A stretch of DNA of 59,279 bases, filler included. It is 4 parts of 4 records of this genome, joined end to end, with 100 filler letters (N's around TTAATTAATTAA, not from the genome) between each part and the next. Parts side by side here need not be neighbours in the genome. Positions count along the whole stretch, not along the records: positions 1 to 20,627 come from DRR378314_466; 3 more parts are not named here. One strand, 5' to 3'. Shown piece by piece: positions 1 to 9,404 of the stretch. The position numbers were made by a program, and so were the translations under genes. How positions within the stretch are numbered: position 1 is the first letter of the stretch; the number at the start of each line of letters is the position of its first letter. Below the pieces are notes generated by a model. That model did no database searches. It was not told the origin of the DNA and was given only the letters and a program-made list of their open reading frames with translations.

Positions 1-201
1 ATAACAGAGAGTACTATCGAAGCGACCGCAACAACCCGCTGGTTTGGCTTTGAAGATGACGTCATCATTCGTCTTACTGAGCAACAAAACGGCATGCAGG
101 TGGACATGCGCTCAGCATCACGACTGGGAGCCAGCGATGTCGGCACCAACGCACTGCGTATCAAAACCTTCCTGGATAATCTGGCTAAGCGGCTAGAATA
201 A
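1..201 (+). CDS. DUF1499-family protein, 3' fragment (5' end outside window)
   Basis: Frame 1 reads IEATATTRWFGFEDDVIIRL...VDMRSASRLGASDVGTNALRIKTFL*; FxDDV and RSxSRxGxSDxGxN are DUF1499-type motifs; TAA at 199-201; not in ORF track. Confidence 0.75.
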   Translation: MTESTIEATATTRWFGFEDDVIIRLTEQQNGMQVDMRSASRLGASDVGTNALRIKTFLDNLAKRLE

Positions 202-272
202 CGGCCTTATCTGATGCGGCTTGCAGCTATTGACGGATTTAACGGTAGAGAGCCAGTATCAATGCACTTCTT

Positions 273-635
273 TCAGTGCATTTGGTTAGTACGCGCGGCA
301 GCTTCTCTGCTCAGAATTTGCTGCGCATCCAGCGAGCCAATCGCTACCTCTACATCTTTTGGAATATCACCGCTAAGCTGTAGCGCTTGGTAGCGCAGCG
401 CGCAGACACGCAAAAATGAGGTGAAATTGCCAAGATCGTGGCCGGCGTCAATTGACTCGTGATAAAGCCGCGTAATCAGTTGGGCCGTGTTCATCCCATC
501 CCGTTGGGCCATCTCTTCTAGAAGGTGCCAGAAGTAGTTTTCCATGCGAACGCTGGTCACCATGCCATCAATGCGCAGCGAGTGCGTGGCGCTACGCCAT
601 AGCTCAGGGTCGGCATCAATAAACAACTTGCACAT
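273..635 (-). CDS. Ribbon-helix-helix (RHH_4-like) DNA-binding protein
   Basis: SLRIDGMVTSVRMENYFWHLLEEMA...NFTSFLRV pattern; directly downstream of a DJ-1/PfpI gene. Confidence 0.7.
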   Translation of the reverse strand: MCKLFIDADPELWRSATHSLRIDGMVTSVRMENYFWHLLEEMAQRDGMNTAQLITRLYHESIDAGHDLGNFTSFLRVCALRYQALQLSGDIPKDVEVAIGSLDAQQILSREAAARTNQMH

Positions 636-786
636 CGTTATTCCCTCTCCGCTATCAAACTCTCTCTGCTACAAGTTCTGCTATCGAGTAAATTGCCTGC
701 TCTTCAGCATAGCGGCTAACAGACAACGCGCCCAACCGCGTTGAATTCAATACCGCTGGGCGCGAAGGGGTAGCCTATCAGCAGTG

Positions 787-1356
787 CTACTTATCCAATA
801 GCGCCATAAACTGGGCAAGCCAAGCAGGATGAGCGGGCCATGCGGGTGCAGTGACCAAGTTGCCATCCGTTACTGCTTCCGTGACCTCCAGGTTTGCGAA
901 GTGGCCACCGGCAAGTTCCACTTCTGGCTGGCAAGCCGGATAAGCAGAACACTGCTTGCCTTCAAGCACCTTAGCGGCAGCCAGCAGTTGGGCACCATGA
1001 CAGATAGCAGCGACCGGCTTCTGGGTGTCAAAAAAGTGCTTCACCATCGCCAGTACGTCCTGGTTTAAGCGCAGGTATTCAGGTGCGCGGCCACCAGGAA
1101 CCACCAAGGCGTCGTAGTCAGCGGGGTTAACTTTGGCAAAATCAGCATTCAGAGCGAAACGATGGCCGGGCTTTTCAGTGTACGTTTGATCACCTTCAAA
1201 ATCGTGAATAGCCGTTGCCACGGTATCACCGGCGACCTTGTCGGGACATACCGCGTCGACTTGATGGCCAACCGCCATTAGCGCCTGGAAAGGCACCATC
1301 GTTTCATAATCTTCAGTGAAATCGCCGGTAATCATTAAAATTCGTTTGTTGCTCAT
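787..1356 (-). CDS. DJ-1/PfpI family protein (glyoxalase III/deglycase-like)
   Basis: [14 protein letters not shown] and AICHG nucleophile motifs; start moved to MSNKRIL, which follows an AGGAG RBS. Confidence 0.9.
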   Translation of the reverse strand: MSNKRILMITGDFTEDYETMVPFQALMAVGHQVDAVCPDKVAGDTVATAIHDFEGDQTYTEKPGHRFALNADFAKVNPADYDALVVPGGRAPEYLRLNQDVLAMVKHFFDTQKPVAAICHGAQLLAAAKVLEGKQCSAYPACQPEVELAGGHFANLEVTEAVTDGNLVTAPAWPAHPAWLAQFMALLDK

Positions 1357-1499
1357 CTCACTTCTCCTTGTCGTTATTGGTCGAGGCACAGAGCACACGA
1401 AGGGTGTGTTAAATGAGAGTAGCAAGTGCAGCTTCGCAGCGGGTAGTAAGCCACTACTACATCCACTCACGACAAGGCTTATGACATCGGTTAGCTAGA

Positions 1500-2111
1500 T
1501 TATGCAGGCCGTTCAAGAGCAAAACGGTCACTGATGCGTACATAATCACTGCCTGCCAAGCGCCCTACTGGCTTTAGCACGTCCATATTGATATGCCGAC
1601 CATCCCATATCGCGTCATCAATATGAATAGCGACAATCTCAGCAAGCACTAACGATCCCGCTAATGGCTGATCGCCAAAACGAATTAAGTCGCGCAGCTT
1701 GCAACCAAAGGCGACCGGGGCACCTGCAATACGTGGCACGCTGATTCCCGGCATTTCAGCCTTCTCTAGCCCCGCTAATAAGAACTCGTCTTGCTCGGGA
1801 GGAACACTCGCGCTGGTCGTGTTGAGCGCTTCTATCAACGTTTCATTGCCTATATGCACGACGCATTCGGCTAGTTCGGTTAAATTGCGCAGCGTGTCTT
1901 TGGGCAGCCCGCTGCCGTCGAGCAGCGGTGAAAAAGCCAGAATGGGGGGATTAACGCTGGCTACGTTAAAAAAGGAGAACGGTGCGAGGTTTGTATTGCC
2001 GTTCTTATCTTGAGTTGACACCCATGCAATTGGCCTTGGACAGACACTGCCTGACAGCAAACGGTAGATAACACCAGCACTCAAAGGTTGTTCATCGAGT
2101 AAGTAATCCAT
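1500..2111 (-). CDS. Flavin reductase-like (DIM6/NTAB) protein
   Basis: PRPIAWVST...NLAPFSFFN...KDTLRN...PVGRLAG motifs; start MDYLL after AGGA. Confidence 0.85.
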   Translation of the reverse strand: MDYLLDEQPLSAGVIYRLLSGSVCPRPIAWVSTQDKNGNTNLAPFSFFNVASVNPPILAFSPLLDGSGLPKDTLRNLTELAECVVHIGNETLIEALNTTSASVPPEQDEFLLAGLEKAEMPGISVPRIAGAPVAFGCKLRDLIRFGDQPLAGSLVLAEIVAIHIDDAIWDGRHINMDVLKPVGRLAGSDYVRISDRFALERPA

Positions 2112-2311
2112 GGGTATTCCTATGGCAGTGGTTATAAAGAGTAGCAAGCTACTTTAAAGTTGTGCCCCTAGCCGGGCAACCCAACAAGCCCCGTAAGCTA
2201 TCCATCGCCCGAGCATAGTATTCATGAGACATGCCCTTGATCCGTCTCAAATCGGCTCCTCGACGCTAAGTATGCTAGCCTTACGAGCCACACGCGACAT
2301 AAAGGAACTGA

Positions 2312-2728
2312 ATGCTCACTATCTCAAATAACGTGACGATAGCGGACTGGGAAATCGATATTAGTCAGATCAGAGCGCAAGGCTCGGGTGGCCAAAACGT
2401 CAATAAAGTCGCCTCTGCGGTGCATTTACGTTTCGATATTCAAAGCTCTACGCTACCGCCGATTTATAAAGAGCGCTTAATGGCACTGTCTGATCAGCGA
2501 ATCAGTAAAGAGGGCGTGGTGATTATCAAAGCGCAAAGCTATCGCACCCTGGAATTGAACAAAGAGGATGCCCTTGCACGCTTAAAAGCACTGATTCAAA
2601 GTGCTGGCAAGCAGCAGAAAACGCGGCGGCCAACGAAGCCCACCAAAGGCTCACAGCGACGCCGTGTGGACCACAAAACGCGTAAAGGCAAAACGAAGTC
2701 ACTGCGTGGTAAAGTGCCACTCTCATAA
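2312..2728 (+). CDS. arfB: Alternative ribosome rescue peptidyl-tRNA hydrolase ArfB (YaeJ)
   Basis: GSGGQNVNKV (GGQ) motif and basic C-terminal tail RRPTKPTKGSQRRR. Confidence 0.95.
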   Translation: MLTISNNVTIADWEIDISQIRAQGSGGQNVNKVASAVHLRFDIQSSTLPPIYKERLMALSDQRISKEGVVIIKAQSYRTLELNKEDALARLKALIQSAGKQQKTRRPTKPTKGSQRRRVDHKTRKGKTKSLRGKVPLS

Positions 2729-2795
2729 GAAGTGAACAGAGTAAGTAATTCTCGCCTAGCGCCGTTTTCTCACCACTGCATTGAGCTTAGCCATC

Positions 2796-3017
2796 ATGTC
2801 CAGCGACTCATCCACTACACTCTGCGCTGCTCGTCCGCTGTCGCCCTGCATTCAGGTATGCAACATTGATCCAGCCTCTTCATTGTGCCAAGGCTGCGGT
2901 CGGACGCTAGATGAAATTGCCTGTTGGGGAAGTATGACCGAGGCCGAGAAGACCCCGGTATGGGAGCGACTTGAGCAAACAGGCTATGTCGACGCATTAC
3001 GCAGAGAAGAGCGCTAG
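2796..3017 (+). CDS. DUF1289 family small Cys-rich protein
   Basis: SPCIQVC...CQGCGRTLDEIACW motif. Confidence 0.85.
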   Translation: MSSDSSTTLCAARPLSPCIQVCNIDPASSLCQGCGRTLDEIACWGSMTEAEKTPVWERLEQTGYVDALRREER

Positions 3018-4063
3018 CCCTCTTCTGTATGCCGGTCACTCAGAATGTGATGCAGTTCGCCACACGCTACCATCGGGTCGTCGCAGTTAATCACGATGTT
3101 TGATTCTGCCAACACATAGCTACGGCCAGTCGTGGTGTTCTCCACCACTTGATAAGCGCCTTCTTGATGCGTGCCGGTGAAGGTACCAATAAACCCCGTT
3201 TCACGTAGTGATACGGTTTCTAACTTATCACCGATTCTCAGCCGACCTTCATAATTCATCAGCGCCAACCGCGCTGAGGTGCCCGTGCCAGTGGTGCTAC
3301 GACAAATAACCCCAGGATGTACATACGTTGTTGAACGCGAGCGAATATAGCCTTCAGCTACTTTCTCTTCCGGCCCCATAAAATGTAAAAACGGCAATGG
3401 CCCTACATCTCCCAGGGTGTAATGGGAAAAGCCGCGCTGCGCTTGGATCGCCTCAACAATTTTATAAGCACAAGCGGCAAGCGCCTGCTCCTCACTGCGT
3501 ACTAGCTTGAAGCCTAACTCTTCGGCATCTACCAAGGCATAAAAGCCACCGCTGTAAGCGACTGAGTAGGTAATTGCTCCCAGTTCCGGAACTTGTATCG
3601 TGTCGCGATAGGTGTCGATATAGCTTGGCAGGCCTTCACAGGTAACAGACTCCACTACCCCATTGCTCACCTTCGCTTCAATTTGCACCAAGCCTGCGGG
3701 TGCTTCCAGTTTAAAGCGTTGAATCCCTTCCTGCTTGGGCACCAATCCACTTTCCAGCACCGCAGTGGCAGTACACAACGTGTTAGAGCCCGAGTAAATT
3801 GGGTAACCCATGACCTCCATAATGATATAGCCCGCGACGGCGTCCGGATGCGAGGAAGGCACCAACAGATCTACCGACATCTCCGGAATACCATACGGCT
3901 CTTCTAGCAGCAGCCGCCGCAAACCATCGGCATCATCACGCAGAAACTCCATTTGTTGGCGTACTGTGGCACCAGGAAGCACACCGATTCCCCCCGTCAC
4001 AATACGGCTAACATCACCACCGGCATGAGTATCCAGCAGCTGAATCGTATGCAGATTTTTCAT
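3014..4063 (-). CDS. Proline racemase superfamily protein (Ser/Thr active-site variant)
   Basis: DTHAGGDVSRIV, RRLLLEEP, SGSN and RSTTGTGTSARLA motifs; start MKNLH after AGGAG. Confidence 0.85.
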   Translation of the reverse strand: MKNLHTIQLLDTHAGGDVSRIVTGGIGVLPGATVRQQMEFLRDDADGLRRLLLEEPYGIPEMSVDLLVPSSHPDAVAGYIIMEVMGYPIYSGSNTLCTATAVLESGLVPKQEGIQRFKLEAPAGLVQIEAKVSNGVVESVTCEGLPSYIDTYRDTIQVPELGAITYSVAYSGGFYALVDAEELGFKLVRSEEQALAACAYKIVEAIQAQRGFSHYTLGDVGPLPFLHFMGPEEKVAEGYIRSRSTTYVHPGVICRSTTGTGTSARLALMNYEGRLRIGDKLETVSLRETGFIGTFTGTHQEGAYQVVENTTTGRSYVLAESNIVINCDDPMVACGELHHILSDRHTEEG

Positions 4064-4074
4064 TAGCACTGCTC

Positions 4075-5241
4075 CTAGGCGGTGGTGAGGGCAAACGGCG
4101 CACCATGGGTTTCCCACTGCGCATCAGGAACAATAACTATTTTTCCCAGGTAGTTACTGCCACGGTTTACAAAGTAGCGCTCAGCGTTATGTAGATCCGA
4201 TAGTTTAAAGGCCGCGTGCAGCACTGGTTTTAGCGCCCCACTGCGAATCCACTCGATCAGTTGTTCAGCCTCTTCGCGAGTGCCATGGGAAACACCAAAA
4301 ATCTGCACTTGGTACAAGTAGACGCGAGTCCACATAATCTCGCTGATATTGCCACCACTCGCACCTGCAATGGAAAGCCGCGGATAACTGCTACGGCCTT
4401 GCATATCAACAATCATGGTATCGATAAACAGATCGGTCATCTGCCCACCGACCAAGTCCATCACTGCATCAATCGGCTTACCATCAGTGGTCGCCAATAC
4501 ACGCTCAACAAACGTCGATAAATCACCCCGATCGATGACGACTTCTGCACCCAACGCCAGCAGTGCATCGGCTTTATCCGGCTGGCTGACAGCGTAAGGA
4601 ATAGCGCCCACGATCCGACAAAGCTGAATTAACGCCGTTCCGACACCGCCACTGGCGCCTGTCACCAGCACACGTTCACCCGCGCCAATGTTGGCAGACG
4701 TCATCATGTGATAAGCCGTCTGATACGAGCACATCCCCATTGCAGCAAGCTCTGCATCGTGCAGTTCAGGGTTGGGAACATGATGAAACTGATCGGCTGG
4801 GACGACGACAAAGTCAGCATAGCCACCATCAGCCCCGTGGCCATAATAATCTGGCGTCAGATTGATATCGCGACGCTCATCAGCGTAAATATTAAAATCG
4901 AGCAGGCCTCGTTCTCCAATACGTGAAGCATCCACTCCCTCGCCTACTGCCGCCACGCGTCCAGCAATATCAGCTCCTTGAATACGAGGAAATGTCAGTG
5001 TGGGCGATCCTCCCATCGCAAACGATGTGACTTCCTCTTTCCCTTTCGTAGGGTAAAGCCCTTCACGCGCTTTCCGGTCAGTATTATTTTTGGCCGTTGC
5101 TGTTACCTGAACCAGCACTTGCCCCGCCCCTGGTTTAGGGGTCATAACATCCTGCCGGTACTGCAATTTATCTACATCACCATGGCCTGTTAACAACATG
5201 GCAGACATCGTTTTCGGTACTTGAGGTACAGCTTCGGCCAT
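4075..5241 (-). CDS. MDR-superfamily (zinc-binding dehydrogenase/quinone reductase-like) oxidoreductase
   Basis: FPRIQGADIAG, VLVTGASGGVG Rossmann motif, GKIV C-terminus; first Zn-ligand Cys appears absent (TAKNNTD). Confidence 0.85.
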   Translation of the reverse strand: MAEAVPQVPKTMSAMLLTGHGDVDKLQYRQDVMTPKPGAGQVLVQVTATAKNNTDRKAREGLYPTKGKEEVTSFAMGGSPTLTFPRIQGADIAGRVAAVGEGVDASRIGERGLLDFNIYADERRDINLTPDYYGHGADGGYADFVVVPADQFHHVPNPELHDAELAAMGMCSYQTAYHMMTSANIGAGERVLVTGASGGVGTALIQLCRIVGAIPYAVSQPDKADALLALGAEVVIDRGDLSTFVERVLATTDGKPIDAVMDLVGGQMTDLFIDTMIVDMQGRSSYPRLSIAGASGGNISEIMWTRVYLYQVQIFGVSHGTREEAEQLIEWIRSGALKPVLHAAFKLSDLHNAERYFVNRGSNYLGKIVIVPDAQWETHGAPFALTTA

Positions 5242-5317
5242 AAATTTCTCCGTTGTGAAACGTTGGATGAACCTAGCTGACAATAGCAAACTTTCGCCGC
5301 CACTCAAGAGTAATAAT

Positions 5318-5355
5318 AAAAACGGCGTCAACGGATATAAACCATTGACGCCGTT
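5318..5355 (-). terminator. Probable intrinsic terminator after nnrU-like gene
   Basis: AACGGCGTCAA...TTGACGCCGTT 11-bp stem with adjacent A-run (U-tract on minus strand). Confidence 0.65.
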
Positions 5356-5373
5356 AATGTTTATTAATAATTA

Positions 5374-5952
5374 CTAGCTAAAAACAGGTACACCAATAAC
5401 TAACACATGTAGGTAAAGAGCAAACAAAATATACGCTATCAAGCCAATCACGACGGTGGCTATTGTCGCGGGAGCCGAGGTTGATACTGGCTTAGCGGGA
5501 TGCAGGCGATCACGCTTTTTGGCTGCCTTAAAGGCCAGAATAGCCCACACCAAAAATGCTGCAAAAAAGACAATATCGCCCAGTCGTCCATTAGCCAATA
5601 AGTGTGAAAATGCCCAAATTTTTACGGCCAACATCATCGGATGACCAAGCTTCGCTTTGATAGCATTACGCGGCACATAGGCTGCTACCAGCATAATAAA
5701 GGCAGGCACCATCAATAGTGCTACCGCATGGCGTAAGCCCGTGGGGGGAAACCAGACGTAGATAGGGTCTAGGCGCATTTGGCCAAAACCGTAAATAGCA
5801 ATTGCCAGTCCAATCACCGACACTACGGAGTACGCAATCTTCCAGGTGTTTTCGCCGCGTTTAACAATCTGTCGCTGACGCCAGTCTTCAGCAAAGATAC
5901 GCACAGAATGGCTGCCAAGAAAAATCAGCAGGCCAATAATCATGATGGTCAT
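5374..5952 (-). CDS. NnrU family membrane protein
   Basis: GLLIFLGSHS N-terminus, GHPMMLAVKIWAFSHLLANG motif, multiple TM segments. Confidence 0.85.
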   Translation of the reverse strand: MTIMIIGLLIFLGSHSVRIFAEDWRQRQIVKRGENTWKIAYSVVSVIGLAIAIYGFGQMRLDPIYVWFPPTGLRHAVALLMVPAFIMLVAAYVPRNAIKAKLGHPMMLAVKIWAFSHLLANGRLGDIVFFAAFLVWAILAFKAAKKRDRLHPAKPVSTSAPATIATVVIGLIAYILFALYLHVLVIGVPVFS

Positions 5953-6068
5953 AAAAGTAGCTCTCAGGTTATTTGCAGGTCATTGGTCGACTGCGAGGAT
6001 GCCACACTAGCGCTCCAACCACATGACCAACGATCAACTTTTCGCTACCAGCGATCATCTGGCTCATT

Positions 6069-7037
6069 TTAAAACCAGTTTTTACGCTTAAATAACCAAA
6101 TTAAACAACCTCCGATACCCAGCATGGCTCCCCAAACAAAAAAGTATCCGTACTGATAGCGCAGCTCTGGCATGTACTCAAAGTTCATGCCGTAAATACC
6201 GGCAATAAACGTCAGTGGCACAAATATGGCAGTAATCACCGTTAATACGCGCATGGTGATATTTAGCTGGTGAGAGGAAATCGAAATGTAACCATCAATG
6301 AGATCACCGCAAATGTCGTAATACATTTGTGTCAGTGTATATAGGCGCTCAAAGCGCTCCTCTACATCCGTGATGGCATGCAGCGTTTCACTTTCTCCAC
6401 GAGGCAGATGGGCATAGTCATAGGCAGTAAGCTCTTGGGTAATGCCTTTGTGGTAGCTAAAAATACGGCGCATCTTTACCAATCGTGAACGATAGGCGGT
6501 GATTTTCCGCATCAGCACATCATTACCAGCCTCTAAAAGCTCATCTTCTATATCGCTTAGCTCACTCTCAAACTCCAGTAAGCTATCGATGTAGAAGCCT
6601 GCCGAGATGTACATAATCTTCAGCGCGACACGCTCGGGAGATAGCGCCAGCAGCGTTTTTCCGTGCTCACTAAAGAGCCGTTCAATACTAAGCGCCTCAC
6701 CGGCGTGCAGCGTGATTAGAAAACGCTCTCCAATAAAGAGGCACACCTGCTGAGGCACAAAGTTTAGCTGAGCATCAAACGATGAAATACCTCGGTAAAT
6801 AATCAGGGTATGGTGCTCAAACTCTTCAATTTTCGGCGGATGGCGCTCTTTGTGGGCATCTTGAATTGCCATTGGATGACAATCAAAACGCTCCAATAGC
6901 TGGCGTTCACTCTCCTCAGGCTCACCTTTCATGTCTATCCATAGGTGGCTACCGGGCATCGTTTGCCAGTCATCGATGAGGCGTTCATCGCCTTCGCGCA
7001 CATCGCCTTCTGATGTCGTTAGTAGGCTGCGAATCAT
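6069..7037 (-). CDS. corA: CorA family Mg2+/Co2+ transporter
   Basis: YGMNF signature followed by MPEL and two C-terminal TM helices. Confidence 0.9.
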   Translation of the reverse strand: MIRSLLTTSEGDVREGDERLIDDWQTMPGSHLWIDMKGEPEESERQLLERFDCHPMAIQDAHKERHPPKIEEFEHHTLIIYRGISSFDAQLNFVPQQVCLFIGERFLITLHAGEALSIERLFSEHGKTLLALSPERVALKIMYISAGFYIDSLLEFESELSDIEDELLEAGNDVLMRKITAYRSRLVKMRRIFSYHKGITQELTAYDYAHLPRGESETLHAITDVEERFERLYTLTQMYYDICGDLIDGYISISSHQLNITMRVLTVITAIFVPLTFIAGIYGMNFEYMPELRYQYGYFFVWGAMLGIGGCLIWLFKRKNWF

Positions 7038-7071
7038 GATCGTCCCTGTTAATTTGGCTCACGGCTTAACG

Positions 7072-8460
7072 TTACGGCCTAACGCTTCGTCGATTAGGCA
7101 GATATGCCAGTGTAACGCTGACGACAATAGACGCCAGTAACGCCCCTAGAAAAGGCCCTAACGTTGGGATACTGCCTGGAAAGGTAGCCGCCATAATGCC
7201 AGCCGTAATACTTCCCTGGCTTAGCCATCCCGGCAGTATTGCCCCTGCTAATCCAGCCATGCCGCCACCAATCGCCGCAACTGGCGTCATACGTTGCCAC
7301 AGGCCAAGCAGCACAGGCACCACGATGGCAGCGCAAAGCAAGTCGGCTATCAAGAAGAGCCGTAGAACTGACAATCCTTGCAGGGCAATAAATACCACCG
7401 GCACCATCATTGCGACAGTTATCCAGCGCGCGGTCGTTAAAGATGTTGCATGTCGTTCACCGCCACGCCCTACTATCAGCGACGCTATACCGTTTTGCAG
7501 CGTATCGACACTTGAGGTCACTAGCGTGACTGCCAACACCAGTGCAGGTAACGCCACCCAGGCAGGCGCATCTGTTAACAGCGCAAAGAAAGGAATAGGT
7601 GGCTCTCCCAAAGCAACACCGCTCATGGCGGCCATGATGCCGATACCGCCAATCACCATCACAACCAGTACGGTCAGCCCGCCGCCTAGCCAAGCGCCTC
7701 GACCTAAGCTCTGGTCATCCTGAGCAGCCCACACACGCTGCCAATAGCCTTGGTGAAAAAGATTGGCGGCGGTCACCGCAATCACAAGCGTCAGGGCAAC
7801 ACTCAGCGCGCTTGCGATAGGAATAGAGGGCATGACGGCGTCATTCGGCATGGCTGGCAGCCGCCAAATCGCAACGCTACCCACAGCCAATAACAGGGCT
7901 AGCAAAAGCCATGCCTGCCAGCGATCCGTTGCGAGGCTTGCGCGCAACCCACCAATCACCGTATACACCAAGGTAGTGAGCGCAACGCCAATAATCACTA
8001 GTGCAGGTGGTACATCGGAAAGCAGTGCGGTAATAGCACCTATCGCCGTCAGTTCCGCTGCTAAAAAACAGCCCATGTAGGCTACGGACACCAGCAGCAC
8101 CCAATGACGCACCCCCTTGCCGTAACAAGCGTGGGCGAATTCGGCAATGCTTCTGCCTTCTGGCAATGCGCGACGAATTTTTGGTCCGTACAACCCCAAC
8201 ACGATAAACGGCAGCGCAGAGCCAATGGCATAGCCTGCCAACGCTAACGGACCAACAAAGGCACCAATTTCAGGCGGCGCAAACAGAATCCAGGCGCCCA
8301 TTCCCGAGGCTAAAAAGGAGAAGCCAAGTGTGGAAGCGGTTTGCGAATTTCGTGCCGTGACATAGTCATCAAGCGATCCCTGCACATGACGTGCACGCAG
8401 GCCCAGAAAAGCAAAACAGAATAGCGCCGCACCAAGTACGGCTGACGTTAGGTAAGGCAT
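7072..8460 (-). CDS. Sodium:solute symporter (SSS) family permease, probably for thiamine or a thiamine precursor
   Basis: About 13 hydrophobic segments, YTVIGGLRASLATD and QGYWQRVWAA SSS motifs; directly preceded by a TPP riboswitch. Confidence 0.8.
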   Translation of the reverse strand: MPYLTSAVLGAALFCFAFLGLRARHVQGSLDDYVTARNSQTASTLGFSFLASGMGAWILFAPPEIGAFVGPLALAGYAIGSALPFIVLGLYGPKIRRALPEGRSIAEFAHACYGKGVRHWVLLVSVAYMGCFLAAELTAIGAITALLSDVPPALVIIGVALTTLVYTVIGGLRASLATDRWQAWLLLALLLAVGSVAIWRLPAMPNDAVMPSIPIASALSVALTLVIAVTAANLFHQGYWQRVWAAQDDQSLGRGAWLGGGLTVLVVMVIGGIGIMAAMSGVALGEPPIPFFALLTDAPAWVALPALVLAVTLVTSSVDTLQNGIASLIVGRGGERHATSLTTARWITVAMMVPVVFIALQGLSVLRLFLIADLLCAAIVVPVLLGLWQRMTPVAAIGGGMAGLAGAILPGWLSQGSITAGIMAATFPGSIPTLGPFLGALLASIVVSVTLAYLPNRRSVRP

Positions 8461-8554
8461 GTCGCACTTCCTCCGCCGGTATGAACCGGATCAGGTTCCA
8501 GGGTCTGCGCAGTGCGCATTCTCAGCCCAACAGCTGCGGGCTCCCCTGGCGACA
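8460..8554 (-). ncRNA. TPP (THI-box) riboswitch
   Basis: Minus strand reads CCAGGGGAGCCC...GGGCTGAGA...ACCCTGGAACCTGATCCGGTTCATACCGGCGGAGGAAG, containing the THI-box cores GCTGAGA, CCC, GAACCTGA, CATACC-GCG-AGG. Confidence 0.93.
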
Positions 8555-8656
8555 GTGAATGGAGACGCTATCCTCGATGAAAGCGGCTCGTTAGTAAAGG
8601 CTGGGCGTTAGTAAAATTTATCCGTGAGTAACGCCTAGATGTGCGTCTGTATCCTG

Positions 8657-9238
8657 CTAACGCGGAAGGCGGCCCATCAAATAAAACTCCTCATTGGGGG
8701 GCGTACCCGTCATGGTCACTAATCGATTCGACATGCCGAAAAAAGCAGCAATGGCGCCAATATCCCAACAGTCCTCAAGCGTAAAACCTACTTTCTCTAA
8801 TGCTGTTTGCCACGTGGCAGAGAACTCCCCAACCTCAATCCCGCAGTGCAATGCAAAATCCAGCATGACACGATGGCGTTCGCTTAGCCCTGCCGCTAGA
8901 TGATTGATAGCGACATTGTCAGCAACTAAAGGGTCTTTACTATAAATTCTCAATAGCGCGCCATGGGCAACAACACAATAGAGACAACGATTGCGAGCAC
9001 TGGTAGCCACAACAATCATCTCTTTTTCAGCTTTAGTCAGCGTGTCGGATTCACGTTCCATCAAAGCATCGTGATAAGCAAAAAAAGCGCGAAACTCCTC
9101 AGGGCGATGCGCCAGCATTAAGAACACATTGGGCACAAATCCCGCCTTGCTTTGCACTTTTAATATTGCATCGCGAACATCGTCAGGCAGTTCATCCAGC
9201 GTTTCTGGGACACGGAAACGGCTAAGTCGATTAGTCAT
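8657..9238 (-). CDS. AhpD-like peroxidase-related enzyme (CMD family)
   Basis: KEMIVVATSARNRCLYCVVAHG (E-x-CxxC-xx-H) and GFVPNVF motifs. Confidence 0.9.
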   Translation of the reverse strand: MTNRLSRFRVPETLDELPDDVRDAILKVQSKAGFVPNVFLMLAHRPEEFRAFFAYHDALMERESDTLTKAEKEMIVVATSARNRCLYCVVAHGALLRIYSKDPLVADNVAINHLAAGLSERHRVMLDFALHCGIEVGEFSATWQTALEKVGFTLEDCWDIGAIAAFFGMSNRLVTMTGTPPNEEFYLMGRLPR

Positions 9239-9404
9239 CGTTACACCTCATTTGCTGATTAAGCTTTAAATTTTTGTTTTGATTAAACAATCATGCTGTT
9301 GGATAACGCGCTTCAGTAACAAAACACTAAACAAAGTGACTTTCAATCGTGGCTAACGCTGTCCATACTCTCAACTATTCAATGACCTATAAGCCGTGCA
9401 GTAA

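Noticed and set aside
5284-5303. Sigma-54 promoter upstream of the MDR/racemase operon
   Set aside because: GG-to-GC spacing is 9 or 12 nt, not the required 10
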